Source of the DNA: Aliivibrio fischeri ES114
GTDB taxonomy: Bacteria > Pseudomonadota > Gammaproteobacteria > Enterobacterales > Vibrionaceae
Assembly: GCF_000011805.1 (NCBI RefSeq)
Contig: NC_006840.2
Direction: 5' to 3' (one strand)
DNA: 32,000 nt
Positions 1 through 9,464 of the stretch are shown here, in pieces. Under the pieces are notes generated by a model. It saw only the letters and a program-made list of their open reading frames with translations. It did no database searches and was not told the origin of the DNA. The translations under genes and the position numbers were made by a program. Within the stretch, counting starts at the first letter, position 1. Each line of letters starts with the position of its first letter.

Positions 1-14
1 GCTTCTTCCTTGAA

Positions 15-1115
<1,101 letters not shown>

Positions 1116-1143
1116 TTAATCTTCAATATAATTTGGCAAATTA

Positions 1144-1169
1144 AAGCGGAGAAAGGTTTATCTCCGCTT
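1144..1169 (-). other. Intercistronic stem-loop between leuA and leuB (AAGCGGAGA / TCTCCGCTT, 9-bp perfect stem)
   Basis: Perfect inverted repeat read directly from the sequence. There is no strong U-tract on the mRNA (minus) strand, so it is more likely an mRNA processing/stability element than a terminator. Confidence 0.4.
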
Positions 1170-1187
1170 ATTTATAATTTTTAGGTT

Positions 1188-2735
1188 CTAAACGGTTTCT
1201 ACTTTTTTCTGTTTAATTTCAGCAATTTGATCAGCACGGTGAATACTATTGATTACGTGAAGTAGTGCTTGTCCTGATGCTTCGATAATATCTGTCGCTA
1301 AACCGGTACCGTGATATTTACGACCTTTGTAATTGGCAATAATATCTGCTTGACCTAAGCCATCTTCACCTTCGCCTTTAGCAGTTAAATCAAACTTATC
1401 TAGCACGATGTCGTAGCCTGTTAGTTTGTAGATACATTGATAAAGTGCGTCTACAGGACCATTACCGACAGCGGCTTCGCATTTCTCCTCGTCACCACAA
1501 AGTAATTTGATACTCGTGGTTGCCATGACGCTGCCTGATTGCACACTTAGATAGTTCAACTTATAGAAGTCATCTTCATCGCGCAGGTTAGCAAAATGCA
1601 TTAGTGCTTCTAAATCGTAATCAAATACTTGTCCTTTACGATCTGCCAGCTTTACGAAATCAGCATAAAGGGTGTCTAGGTTGTATTCGTCTTCTTTATA
1701 ACCCATTTCATCCATATGACTTTTTACCGCAGCACGACCTGAACGACTGGTTAGGTTTAGTGCTTGGTTTTTAAGGCCAATCGACTCTGGTGTCATGATT
1801 TCGTAAGTGTTTTTATTCTTTAGCATGCCATCTTGGTGAATACCTGATGAATGGCTAAAAGCGTTTGCGCCTACGATAGCCTTATTACTTTGAATTGGCA
1901 TATTACAAAGCTGACTCACTAGTTTACTGGTGCGGTGAATCTCATCGTGTTTAAGGTTGGTGTGTACACCTAGATATTCAGAACGTGTTTTTAGGATCAT
2001 GGCGATCTCTTCTAGAGAGCAATTACCAGCACGTTCACCAATACCATTAATCGTTCCTTCAACTTGTCGAGCGCCTGCTTGAACAGCAGCAATGGAGTTG
2101 GCAACTGACATACCCAAATCATCATGACAGTGAACAGAAATGATGGCTTTATCTATATTAGGAACACGGTTAAATAGGGTTTGAACAATGCCACCAAATT
2201 CACCTGGAACGGTATAGCCAACGGTGTCAGGAATGTTGATGGTATTGGCTCCTGCATCAATAGCGGCTTCAACCATGCGGCATAGATTATCGATAGGAGT
2301 ACGGCCTGCATCTTCACAAGAAAACTCAACATCATCCGTATATTTACGTGCGTGTTTTACTGCTTTTACGCCCATTTCAACCACATCATCGTAGCTACGG
2401 CGTAATTTATCTTGAACATGAACGGTAGAGGTTGAAATGAAGGTGTGAATTCGGAACGCTTCAGCGACTTTTAGCGCCTCAGCTGCGGCATCAATGTCTT
2501 TTGCAACAGCACGAGAAAGACCACAAATTCGACTGTTTTTAATATGCTGGGCAATGGTTTTTACTGATTCAAAATCACCCGGAGATGACACCGGAAAACC
2601 GGCTTCAATGACATCGACTCCTAAACGCTCAAGCGCATAAGCAATCTGCAATTTTTCTTTAACCGTTAGACTTGCTGATAGTGCTTGTTCGCCATCACGT
2701 AGGGTGGTGTCGAAGATAATGACTTGATCGCTCAT
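1188..2735 (-). CDS. leuA: 2-isopropylmalate synthase
   Basis: 515-aa ORF. The N-terminal [12 protein letters not shown] motif and C-terminal regulatory-domain length are typical of LeuA. Confidence 0.97.
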
Positions 2736-2783
2736 GAGCCTGCTTCCTTGTGTTTGTCATTTGCCTTGATGACGGATATCCAT

Positions 2784-2812
2784 AAAAAAACCCGCCATGG
2801 TTAGCGGGTTTT
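2784..2812 (-). terminator. leu attenuator (rho-independent terminator upstream of leuA)
   Basis: Minus strand reads AAAACCCGC-taaccatg-GCGGGTTTTTTT, a GC-rich stem followed by a 7-U tract. It lies between the leader peptide and the leuA start. Confidence 0.8.
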
Positions 2813-2846
2813 AAAATTTGGTTTATGGTTTCTTTTGGTCCATAAC

Positions 2847-2909
2847 CTACCCGCGTGAGATGTTCACGATCAGGAGGAGGTTTAGAGCAAAAGAAGATAC
2901 TGTTTTCAT
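2847..2909 (-). CDS. leuL: leu operon leader peptide (MKTVSSFALNLLLIVNISRG, 20 aa)
   Basis: Translated by hand from the minus strand as atg aaa aca gta tct tct ttt gct cta aac ctc ctc ctg atc gtg aac atc tca cgc ggg tag. It has 4 Leu in 5 codons, sits between a sigma70-like promoter and the attenuator terminator, and is not in the ORF track. SD is weak. Confidence 0.75.
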   Translation of the reverse strand: MKTVSSFALNLLLIVNISRG

Positions 2910-2941
2910 TTGAAATACAATCCATAAAAATAATTAACAAA

Positions 2942-2970
2942 TTAATATCGCACTCAGTAAGTATCGTCAA
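2942..2970 (-). promoter_or_regulatory. Putative sigma70 promoter of the leu operon (TTGACG-17 nt-TATTAA)
   Basis: Minus strand has TTGACG at 2970-2965 and TATTAA at 2947-2942 with a 17-nt spacer, about 30 nt upstream of the leader ATG. Confidence 0.6.
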
Positions 2971-3097
2971 CCCCTAAATCCCATTTTCAGTGGTTATTAA
3001 TGTTTTTTTGCTTAAATGTTACAAAATAAGAAGAAAAACGATTGCCTTGGTGTTTATTTGTGCGTGTTGCTCGCTTTTTGATTCTTTTTGAATTTAA

Positions 3098-3113
3098 TTA
3101 ATCAAATGATTAA
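3098..3113. promoter_or_regulatory. Palindromic operator 1 (TTAATCA-AA-TGATTAA), putative TetR-family binding site
   Basis: Perfect 7+2+7 palindrome. It is embedded in a 22-bp direct repeat, AATTAATCAARTGATTAAMTGT, shared with operator 2. Confidence 0.6.
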
Positions 3114-3155
3114 ATGTGAGTGAATTAATTTGTTAGAACAAAGAGGGAAGTTATC

Positions 3156-3176
3156 TATAATTAATCAAGTGATTAA
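3156..3176 (+). promoter_or_regulatory. Consensus -10 (TATAAT, 3156-3161) overlapped by palindromic operator 2 (TTAATCA-AG-TGATTAA, 3161-3176)
   Basis: A perfect TATAAT is directly abutted and overlapped by a second perfect 16-bp palindrome about 30-45 nt upstream of the tetR start. This is classic repressor geometry. Confidence 0.6.
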
Positions 3177-3206
3177 CTGTCTTTAAAGTCGTCAACTGTA
3201 AATAAG

Positions 3207-3863
3207 GTGTTATTGGTAATGAAGCAGTCAGGAAGGCCTAAAGGTGAATCAGAAGTTCGAGAAAAACTCATTTTTCATGCGAGAGAGCTTTTTATTTCCA
3301 TGCCCTATAACAAAGTATCGACGAGGCTCATAGCCACTAATGCTAACGTAAATATTGCCATGATCCGTTATTACTTTGGTAACAAAGAAGGACTTTTTGA
3401 GGCGATGTTTAAGGAGACTATTGCTCCTGTTACTCAGCAATTTCAACGATTATTAAAAGATGATACTGAACAAGATCTGGTTGAGTTTATGCGAGCGTAT
3501 TATAAGGCCATGATTAAAGTTCCAGCCTTCCCTAAATTAATCTTGCGCATTATGGATGCTGAGAGTGAACAGCAAGCGGCACTTCAGCAAATTATTATTG
3601 GGATATTGCAGCCAATGCAAAACAAATTATTCGATCCCCAAAAAAGTAAGGCGTTATTTAAAAATGGAGTTGATCCAATTAAAGCTCGTCTTTCGTTAAT
3701 GAGTTTAATGATTTTTCCATTTCTTGCCCCTAAGAAAATGTTAGAGCTTCATAATATTGAGTTGAATGAAACGTTTTTGATGGAATTACTAGAACATAAT
3801 ATTCGTTTATTAGGCGAAGGATTATTAAAAAATAAAAGAGATACAGATAATGAAAATAAATAA
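3207..3863 (+). CDS. TetR/AcrR-family transcriptional repressor (start GTG 3207 or ATG 3219)
   Basis: N-terminal HTH KVSTRLIATNANVNIAMIRYYFGNKEGLF is typical of TetR_N. It is the first gene of the efflux operon and its 3' end overlaps the MFP start by 14 nt. Confidence 0.9.
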   Translation: MLLVMKQSGRPKGESEVREKLIFHARELFISMPYNKVSTRLIATNANVNIAMIRYYFGNKEGLFEAMFKETIAPVTQQFQRLLKDDTEQDLVEFMRAYYKAMIKVPAFPKLILRIMDAESEQQAALQQIIIGILQPMQNKLFDPQKSKALFKNGVDPIKARLSLMSLMIFPFLAPKKMLELHNIELNETFLMELLEHNIRLLGEGLLKNKRDTDNENK

Positions 3864-5169
3864 GAAATACCTCTTTTTTCCAGTTGTTGCAGTTGGTGTG
3901 ATTGTTCTTATTACCATCACAAAATTACGTCCAGACGCTGAAACTAAGCCACTTGAAGACCGTTCAAAAGTCGTCAATATCCAACTATTAGAGCCTCAAT
4001 CAATCGCACCTCAAGCCATTGGTTATGGAAAAATTAGACCGAAGTTTGAATGGAAAGCCATTGCGGAAGTATCAGGCAAAGTGGTGTATCGCCATCCTGA
4101 ATTACATAAAGGAAATATCTTATTAGCCGGTACTGAAGTGTTGAGAATAGATCCATTGGATTATGAGTTAAAACTCGCTCAAGCAGAAGCGGACTTAGGA
4201 TCGAGCCAAACTCAATTAGCAAAAGTGGATTTAGAAGAAAAAAACATTCGAAATACATTAAAAATAGAAAAAAACCGACTTTCTATCAGTAAGAAAGAGT
4301 TAAGCCGTAAAATAAATTTGCAAAAGAAAGGGTTAACGTCTCAATCGGATTTAGACCAGCAGAATCAATCTTATTTAGCACAGCAGAAAGTGGTTCAAGA
4401 TATTCAAAATCAAATCTTATTATTGCCTGATGAAAAAAAAGTAGCAGCGGCAATGGTTAAGGTAAACCAAGCTAAATTAGAAGAAGCGCAACGTTCTTTA
4501 GAAAAAACTTCGATTATATTACCAACAGATGTGCGAATTTCTGAGGTGGATATTGAAGCGGATCAAGTAGTTAATCTACAGCAAACCATGTTTATTGCGC
4601 ATGGAATTAAAACCATGGAGATGGAAGCGCAAATCTCTATTCATGATATGCAAACATTAGCTCAAAGTGTGAAAGCTTTTCAGCTAAGTGAGCAAGGTAT
4701 GCCAAATATTGATTCATTACCATTAACGGCGAATGTGGAATTAAGCAGTGGTCGCTTTGATGCTAAATGGGAAGCGAAAGTCGCTCGTATTAGTGAAACT
4801 GTCGATCCAAATCAAGCAACGGTTGGTGTCATTTTAGAAATAGATCAAAATTACCGAGCTTTGCAACCTAACTCATTGCCACCATTAGTGAATGGGATGT
4901 TTGTGAAAGCAAGGATCGAGGGTGACGCGTCAGAGCAGTGGGTGATCCCTGAAAGTGCGTTGCATGGCGATAAGATCTATTTATTAGGGCAAGATAACAA
5001 ATTAATTATCCTTCCGATTGAGATTGTTTATCGACGCAATAACCAGGTTGCCGTTGCCGGAGATATTAAGAGTCATGATCGTTTGATCTTAAATGATCTG
5101 CTGCCTGCGATTAATGGCATGCAATTGCGCTTGGCCAAATCACATAATGATGAGGAGCCTGTTCAATGA
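3850..5169 (+). CDS. RND efflux periplasmic adaptor (HlyD/MFP family)
   Basis: 439 aa with an N-terminal TM anchor (YLFFPVVAVGVIVLITI), a long coiled-coil-like middle region and a beta-barrel C-terminus. Its stop overlaps the RND start (ATGA). Confidence 0.88.
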   Translation: MKINKKYLFFPVVAVGVIVLITITKLRPDAETKPLEDRSKVVNIQLLEPQSIAPQAIGYGKIRPKFEWKAIAEVSGKVVYRHPELHKGNILLAGTEVLRIDPLDYELKLAQAEADLGSSQTQLAKVDLEEKNIRNTLKIEKNRLSISKKELSRKINLQKKGLTSQSDLDQQNQSYLAQQKVVQDIQNQILLLPDEKKVAAAMVKVNQAKLEEAQRSLEKTSIILPTDVRISEVDIEADQVVNLQQTMFIAHGIKTMEMEAQISIHDMQTLAQSVKAFQLSEQGMPNIDSLPLTANVELSSGRFDAKWEAKVARISETVDPNQATVGVILEIDQNYRALQPNSLPPLVNGMFVKARIEGDASEQWVIPESALHGDKIYLLGQDNKLIILPIEIVYRRNNQVAVAGDIKSHDRLILNDLLPAINGMQLRLAKSHNDEEPVQ

Positions 5170-8100
5170 TCAAGTTCTTTGCTCGCCATCCAACCGCAGC
5201 TAACTTATTAATGCTCACTTTATTGCTGCTTGGTTTGGTTTCTTTATCTCAATTAAAACGAGAGACATTTCCCGAATTTAGTCCTCCTTATATTTTAGCT
5301 GGCGTTGTATACCCAGGGGCTTCTCCACAAGAAGTGGAAGAGAGCATTTGTATTCGAATGGAAGACGCCGTTGATGGTTTAGGCAATATTGAAGAAACCA
5401 AATGTGAAGCGATAGAAGGCTCAGCTCGATTAGTCATTAAGCTTAATGAAAAAGCGGATATCGGGCGTATGTTAGTAGATGTACAAACTCAAATTGATTC
5501 AATCAATGACTTTCCAACAGAGATTGAATCGCCAATTGTTCAAGAGCTTGATTGGAATGAACCTGTGGTGGATGTGGCGATTACTGCTGATACGACATGG
5601 CCAGAATTAAAAGCCTATGCAGAGAAATTAAAACAAAGTTTAAAGCTTGATTATGACGTGTCTTTAGTTGAGGTGAGTGGGTTTTCTGATCATCAATATC
5701 GAGTGGAGTTGGATGAAACTGCCATTCGTCAGTTGGGGTTGAATGTCAGTGATATTGCTAATCAATTAGCTCAACAAAACATTAAATTGCCTAGCGGTAA
5801 TATCGAAACGCCAGAAAAGAACTTTTTAATTCGTTTTGATGAGAGAAAAACCACACCTGAGGAATTAGCAAAAACGGTAATAGGGGCATCAGAGAATGGC
5901 GCATTACTTCGCTTAGGAGACATTGCCACTATCACGGATCGTTTTGAACTTGATGAACAAAAAGTACTGTTTGATGGTAAGCCATCAGCGGTACTTAAGA
6001 TCAGTAAAAATAAAGCTGACGATGCTCTGCGAATCAAAGATCGTGTCTCTGAGTTTGTTGAATATCAGCAATCAATCGCACCCGATGGCGTGACGTTAGA
6101 GATGACCAATGATCTCTCATCGCTGCTTTGGGATCGTTTGACTATGATGGTAAAAAACGGGTGGCAGGGCATCATTCTGGTTTTCTTAACCATGTGGCTG
6201 TTTTTTACTTTCCGCTATTCTTTCTGGGTTGCTGCTGGTTTGCCCGTGGCTTTTTTAGGTGGACTGTTCTTAATGGCGAGTTTAGGGCTCTCTATTAATA
6301 TCATGTCTCTTGTCGCCTTATTAATGGCCATCGGGATCATGATGGATGATGCGATTGTAATTGCAGAATCCATTGCTTCTCATCTTGATAGAGGGCAAAA
6401 GATTGATGATGCGGTGTATAACGGCGTTAAAAAAGTATTCCCTGGAGTCTTGTCTTCGTTTTTAACCACCGTGTGCATTTTTGGTAGTTTGATGTTTTTA
6501 CAGGGAGAAATGGGGGCAGTATTAAAGGTTATTCCACAAGTTCTGATTTTAGTTTTGTCATTGAGCTTAATTGAGGCGTTTTTAATTTTACCTAACCACC
6601 TTAGTCACTCATTACACAGGGCAAAAAACGATAAACCGATTACTGGGTTTAAAAAGAAAGTATTGGATCGTTTTGAGCACTTTAGAAATACCACTTTAGT
6701 GAATGCAGTGACAAAAGTGGTGGAATGGCGTTATGCATTCTTAGGTGCCGTTATTGCGAGTTTATTGGTTTCTTTTTCTTTGATATCTGGCGGCGCATTA
6801 AAGTTTGTTGGTTTTCCTGAGCTCGATGGTGATATTGCCGAAGCGCGTATTATTTTGCCCCCAGGGTCTTCATTATCTCAAACTGAATTAGTCGTAGATA
6901 AGATTGTTAATGCAGCGAATAAATTGAATAAACAATGGAGTGAAGAAAAGGAAGGTGGTACGCCATTAGTTGAGCATATTACCGAGCAATTTAATACTAA
7001 TGCTGACGCCAATGAATCTGGTCCTCATTTAGCCACAATACGTTTAGATTTATTAAGTGCGGAAAAAAGAAATACGTTAATTGATGACTTTATTGATGCA
7101 TGGCGTGAGGAAGTGGGAGATTTGGCTGAGCCGATAGCGATGGTTTTTAAGCAGCCAACCATGGGGCCGGGTGGGCGAGCAATTGAAATTCGTATGATGG
7201 ATGATGATTTACACACATTGAAGTCAGCATCATTAGAAGTTCAAGCCTATTTGAATGACTTTGCTGGCGTTTATGGTGTGCTTGATGACATGAGAATGGG
7301 AAAAGAAGAAGTATTAGTAAAACTTCGCCCTGGAGCTGAAGCGTATGGTGTGACGGGACAATTGATTGCTAATCAATTACGTGCGGCTTATTTTGGACAA
7401 ACTGCAGATGAAATTCAATTAGGTGTTGAGAACATTGAGATTGAAGTGCGTTTAAATAAACAACAAGCGGGTGATTTACATACTTTAGAGAACTTTCCAA
7501 TCATTTTGCCTACGGGAGACCAAATACCTCTAGCCTCTATTGCAACGTTAGATTTTCAGAGAAATTATGTTCGAATACAGCGAATTAATGGGTTAAGAAC
7601 GTTAAGTGTTTTTGGTGATGTTCATGCATCACAAGTCAGTTCAACAGAAATACTTAATCAGTTTAAAAAAGATCTCGCTCCTGAATTGAAAAAGAAATAC
7701 CCAGGACTGCGTTTTGATTTTGAAGGTGAAGCGAAAGATTCGGCGGAAACGGGGCAATCTATAGGTACCGGATTTATGCTTGGATTGTTTGGGGTATTTG
7801 TCATTCTCAGCTTCCAATTTAGAAGCTACTTAGAACCGTTTGTGGTGATGCTAGCGATACCATTAGCGCTAATTGGCGTGTTATGGGGACATGTTTTATT
7901 AGGTCACCCATTGAGTATGCCAAGTATTATGGGCTTCGTTTCTTTAGCGGGTATCGTCGTTAATGATTCCATTTTACTGGTGCAATATATACGACATCAT
8001 GTTGATGATGGAGATTCTGTTTATGAGTCAGTCATTAAAGCAAGTCGTGAGCGTTTTAGGGCGGTATTCTTAACCTCAATTACGACGGCTGCTGGACTGT

Positions 8101-8270
8101 TGCCATTATTATTAGAGACCAGTTTACAAGCTCAAGTTATTCAGCCTTTAGTGGTTTCAATCGTATTTGGTATCTTTACTTCAACTTTGTTGGTGTTGTT
8201 TATGATACCTGCGGCTTATGCGATTTTAGCTGACTTTGGTTTAGTGAAGAAACATGAAGAACTTCATTAA
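5166..8270 (+). CDS. RND efflux permease (AcrB/AcrD/AcrF family)
   Basis: 1034 aa with the 12-TM architecture and two large periplasmic loops. The N-terminus FFARHPTAANLLMLTLLLLG is typical of ACR_tran proteins. Confidence 0.93.
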   Translation: MIKFFARHPTAANLLMLTLLLLGLVSLSQLKRETFPEFSPPYILAGVVYPGASPQEVEESICIRMEDAVDGLGNIEETKCEAIEGSARLVIKLNEKADIGRMLVDVQTQIDSINDFPTEIESPIVQELDWNEPVVDVAITADTTWPELKAYAEKLKQSLKLDYDVSLVEVSGFSDHQYRVELDETAIRQLGLNVSDIANQLAQQNIKLPSGNIETPEKNFLIRFDERKTTPEELAKTVIGASENGALLRLGDIATITDRFELDEQKVLFDGKPSAVLKISKNKADDALRIKDRVSEFVEYQQSIAPDGVTLEMTNDLSSLLWDRLTMMVKNGWQGIILVFLTMWLFFTFRYSFWVAAGLPVAFLGGLFLMASLGLSINIMSLVALLMAIGIMMDDAIVIAESIASHLDRGQKIDDAVYNGVKKVFPGVLSSFLTTVCIFGSLMFLQGEMGAVLKVIPQVLILVLSLSLIEAFLILPNHLSHSLHRAKNDKPITGFKKKVLDRFEHFRNTTLVNAVTKVVEWRYAFLGAVIASLLVSFSLISGGALKFVGFPELDGDIAEARIILPPGSSLSQTELVVDKIVNAANKLNKQWSEEKEGGTPLVEHITEQFNTNADANESGPHLATIRLDLLSAEKRNTLIDDFIDAWREEVGDLAEPIAMVFKQPTMGPGGRAIEIRMMDDDLHTLKSASLEVQAYLNDFAGVYGVLDDMRMGKEEVLVKLRPGAEAYGVTGQLIANQLRAAYFGQTADEIQLGVENIEIEVRLNKQQAGDLHTLENFPIILPTGDQIPLASIATLDFQRNYVRIQRINGLRTLSVFGDVHASQVSSTEILNQFKKDLAPELKKKYPGLRFDFEGEAKDSAETGQSIGTGFMLGLFGVFVILSFQFRSYLEPFVVMLAIPLALIGVLWGHVLLGHPLSMPSIMGFVSLAGIVVNDSILLVQYIRHHVDDGDSVYESVIKASRERFRAVFLTSITTAAGLLPLLLETSLQAQVIQPLVVSIVFGIFTSTLLVLFMIPAAYAILADFGLVKKHEELH

Positions 8271-8281
8271 ACGGATAGAGC

Positions 8282-9283
8282 TTAGAATGAAAACAGTAAG
8301 TTAATCGAAAATACAGAATCGGTATTACTTAGCCCTGGAGGAACGCGATCTAAATACTGTTGTGATTGCGCAATCTTTAGGGCAATTTCTTCTGTGATGT
8401 TGTTTGTCACACTGACTTCTGAATCCACACGAGTGTTACTGTGACCAGCTGTGACGGTAACTTCTCCAGCTAATGTTAGGTTACTAAGAGCCTTCCAAGA
8501 TGTACGCACATTAGTTCGGATAATTGGCTCTTGTACCGTCTCTGGCAGGATTAAGTCATCATCATCAATTTCATCAAGGTTCGGATTTTGGTAACGAAAA
8601 CCTGGACCAAATTCCACTTCCAATAGTAATTTTTCTGTATTACTGACTTGGTAACCCAAACCACCCGAAAAGGTATAGTCATTGAAGTATGCGCTATATT
8701 TGGTATTTAACCCTTTAAAGTTGGCATAGAGATAGTAATCAGGACTGATTTTATAGTCACTCTGTAAATTAAGGCTTAATTGGTCTTTATCTGTTTCACC
8801 ATCATCTTTTGCTAGGTAGTATTTAACCTCACCAGTATGACGATGCTGTCCAGCAGTGTAGCTGGCTTCTAAACGACCATTAAGAGATTGAGAATCATCA
8901 TTACCTTTACTTGATTGGTAACCGAATTCAATTTGGCTTTTCCATGGTGAAGGTGGTGTTGTATCAGGTTCTTCCATTTCCGCTTCTAGTTGACTAATGA
9001 CAGGGTTAATACTTGGTTTTTTCTCAAGTGTTAACTCTTTTGTCCCTGCTTCACAGTCATCTTTGGATAAATAATATTTTTCTTCATCCACATGGGAGTT
9101 CGTCCCAGAGGTATAAACCGATTCTAGACTACAATTTTGAGATAATGAGCGATCGTTTCCATAATCTATTTCGATTGAGTTAGGAGAGGAAGATGATGTA
9201 TCTGCGTCTTCAATATCGATCTCACTTGCATGAACAGATGCACTGATTGCGATAAGCCCTGTAAGTAAACCTTTTTTTAACAC
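8282..9283 (-). CDS. DUF481 / YdiY-family outer-membrane beta-barrel protein with an extended N-terminal region
   Basis: Signal peptide MLKKGLLTGLIAISASVHA. Blocks EVEFGPGFRYQ, GGLGYQV and the C-terminal ...SINLLFSF resemble E. coli YdiY as I recall it. Confidence 0.8.
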   Translation of the reverse strand: MLKKGLLTGLIAISASVHASEIDIEDADTSSSSPNSIEIDYGNDRSLSQNCSLESVYTSGTNSHVDEEKYYLSKDDCEAGTKELTLEKKPSINPVISQLEAEMEEPDTTPPSPWKSQIEFGYQSSKGNDDSQSLNGRLEASYTAGQHRHTGEVKYYLAKDDGETDKDQLSLNLQSDYKISPDYYLYANFKGLNTKYSAYFNDYTFSGGLGYQVSNTEKLLLEVEFGPGFRYQNPNLDEIDDDDLILPETVQEPIIRTNVRTSWKALSNLTLAGEVTVTAGHSNTRVDSEVSVTNNITEEIALKIAQSQQYLDRVPPGLSNTDSVFSINLLFSF

Positions 9284-9464
9284 ACATGAATCCTGAGAGA
9301 TAAAATCGTAGACGAGTATAAGTATATTATTACATTCGTGAGTTAAATTTGAGTCAAAATCTTTATTTTGCGAAAGGAGTGATGGAGATGGAAGGATAGT
9401 TATTTCATCCCTTTGCCAAATGGTTATAATGTAGGGCTAAATTTAGGATGGTGAAAGAGTAGTA

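Noticed and set aside
2695-2970. 91-aa minus-strand ORF covering the leu leader region and overlapping the leuA start
   Set aside because: It reads straight through the attenuator hairpin and out of frame into leuA. The region is better explained by the promoter, the 20-aa Leu-rich leader and the terminator.
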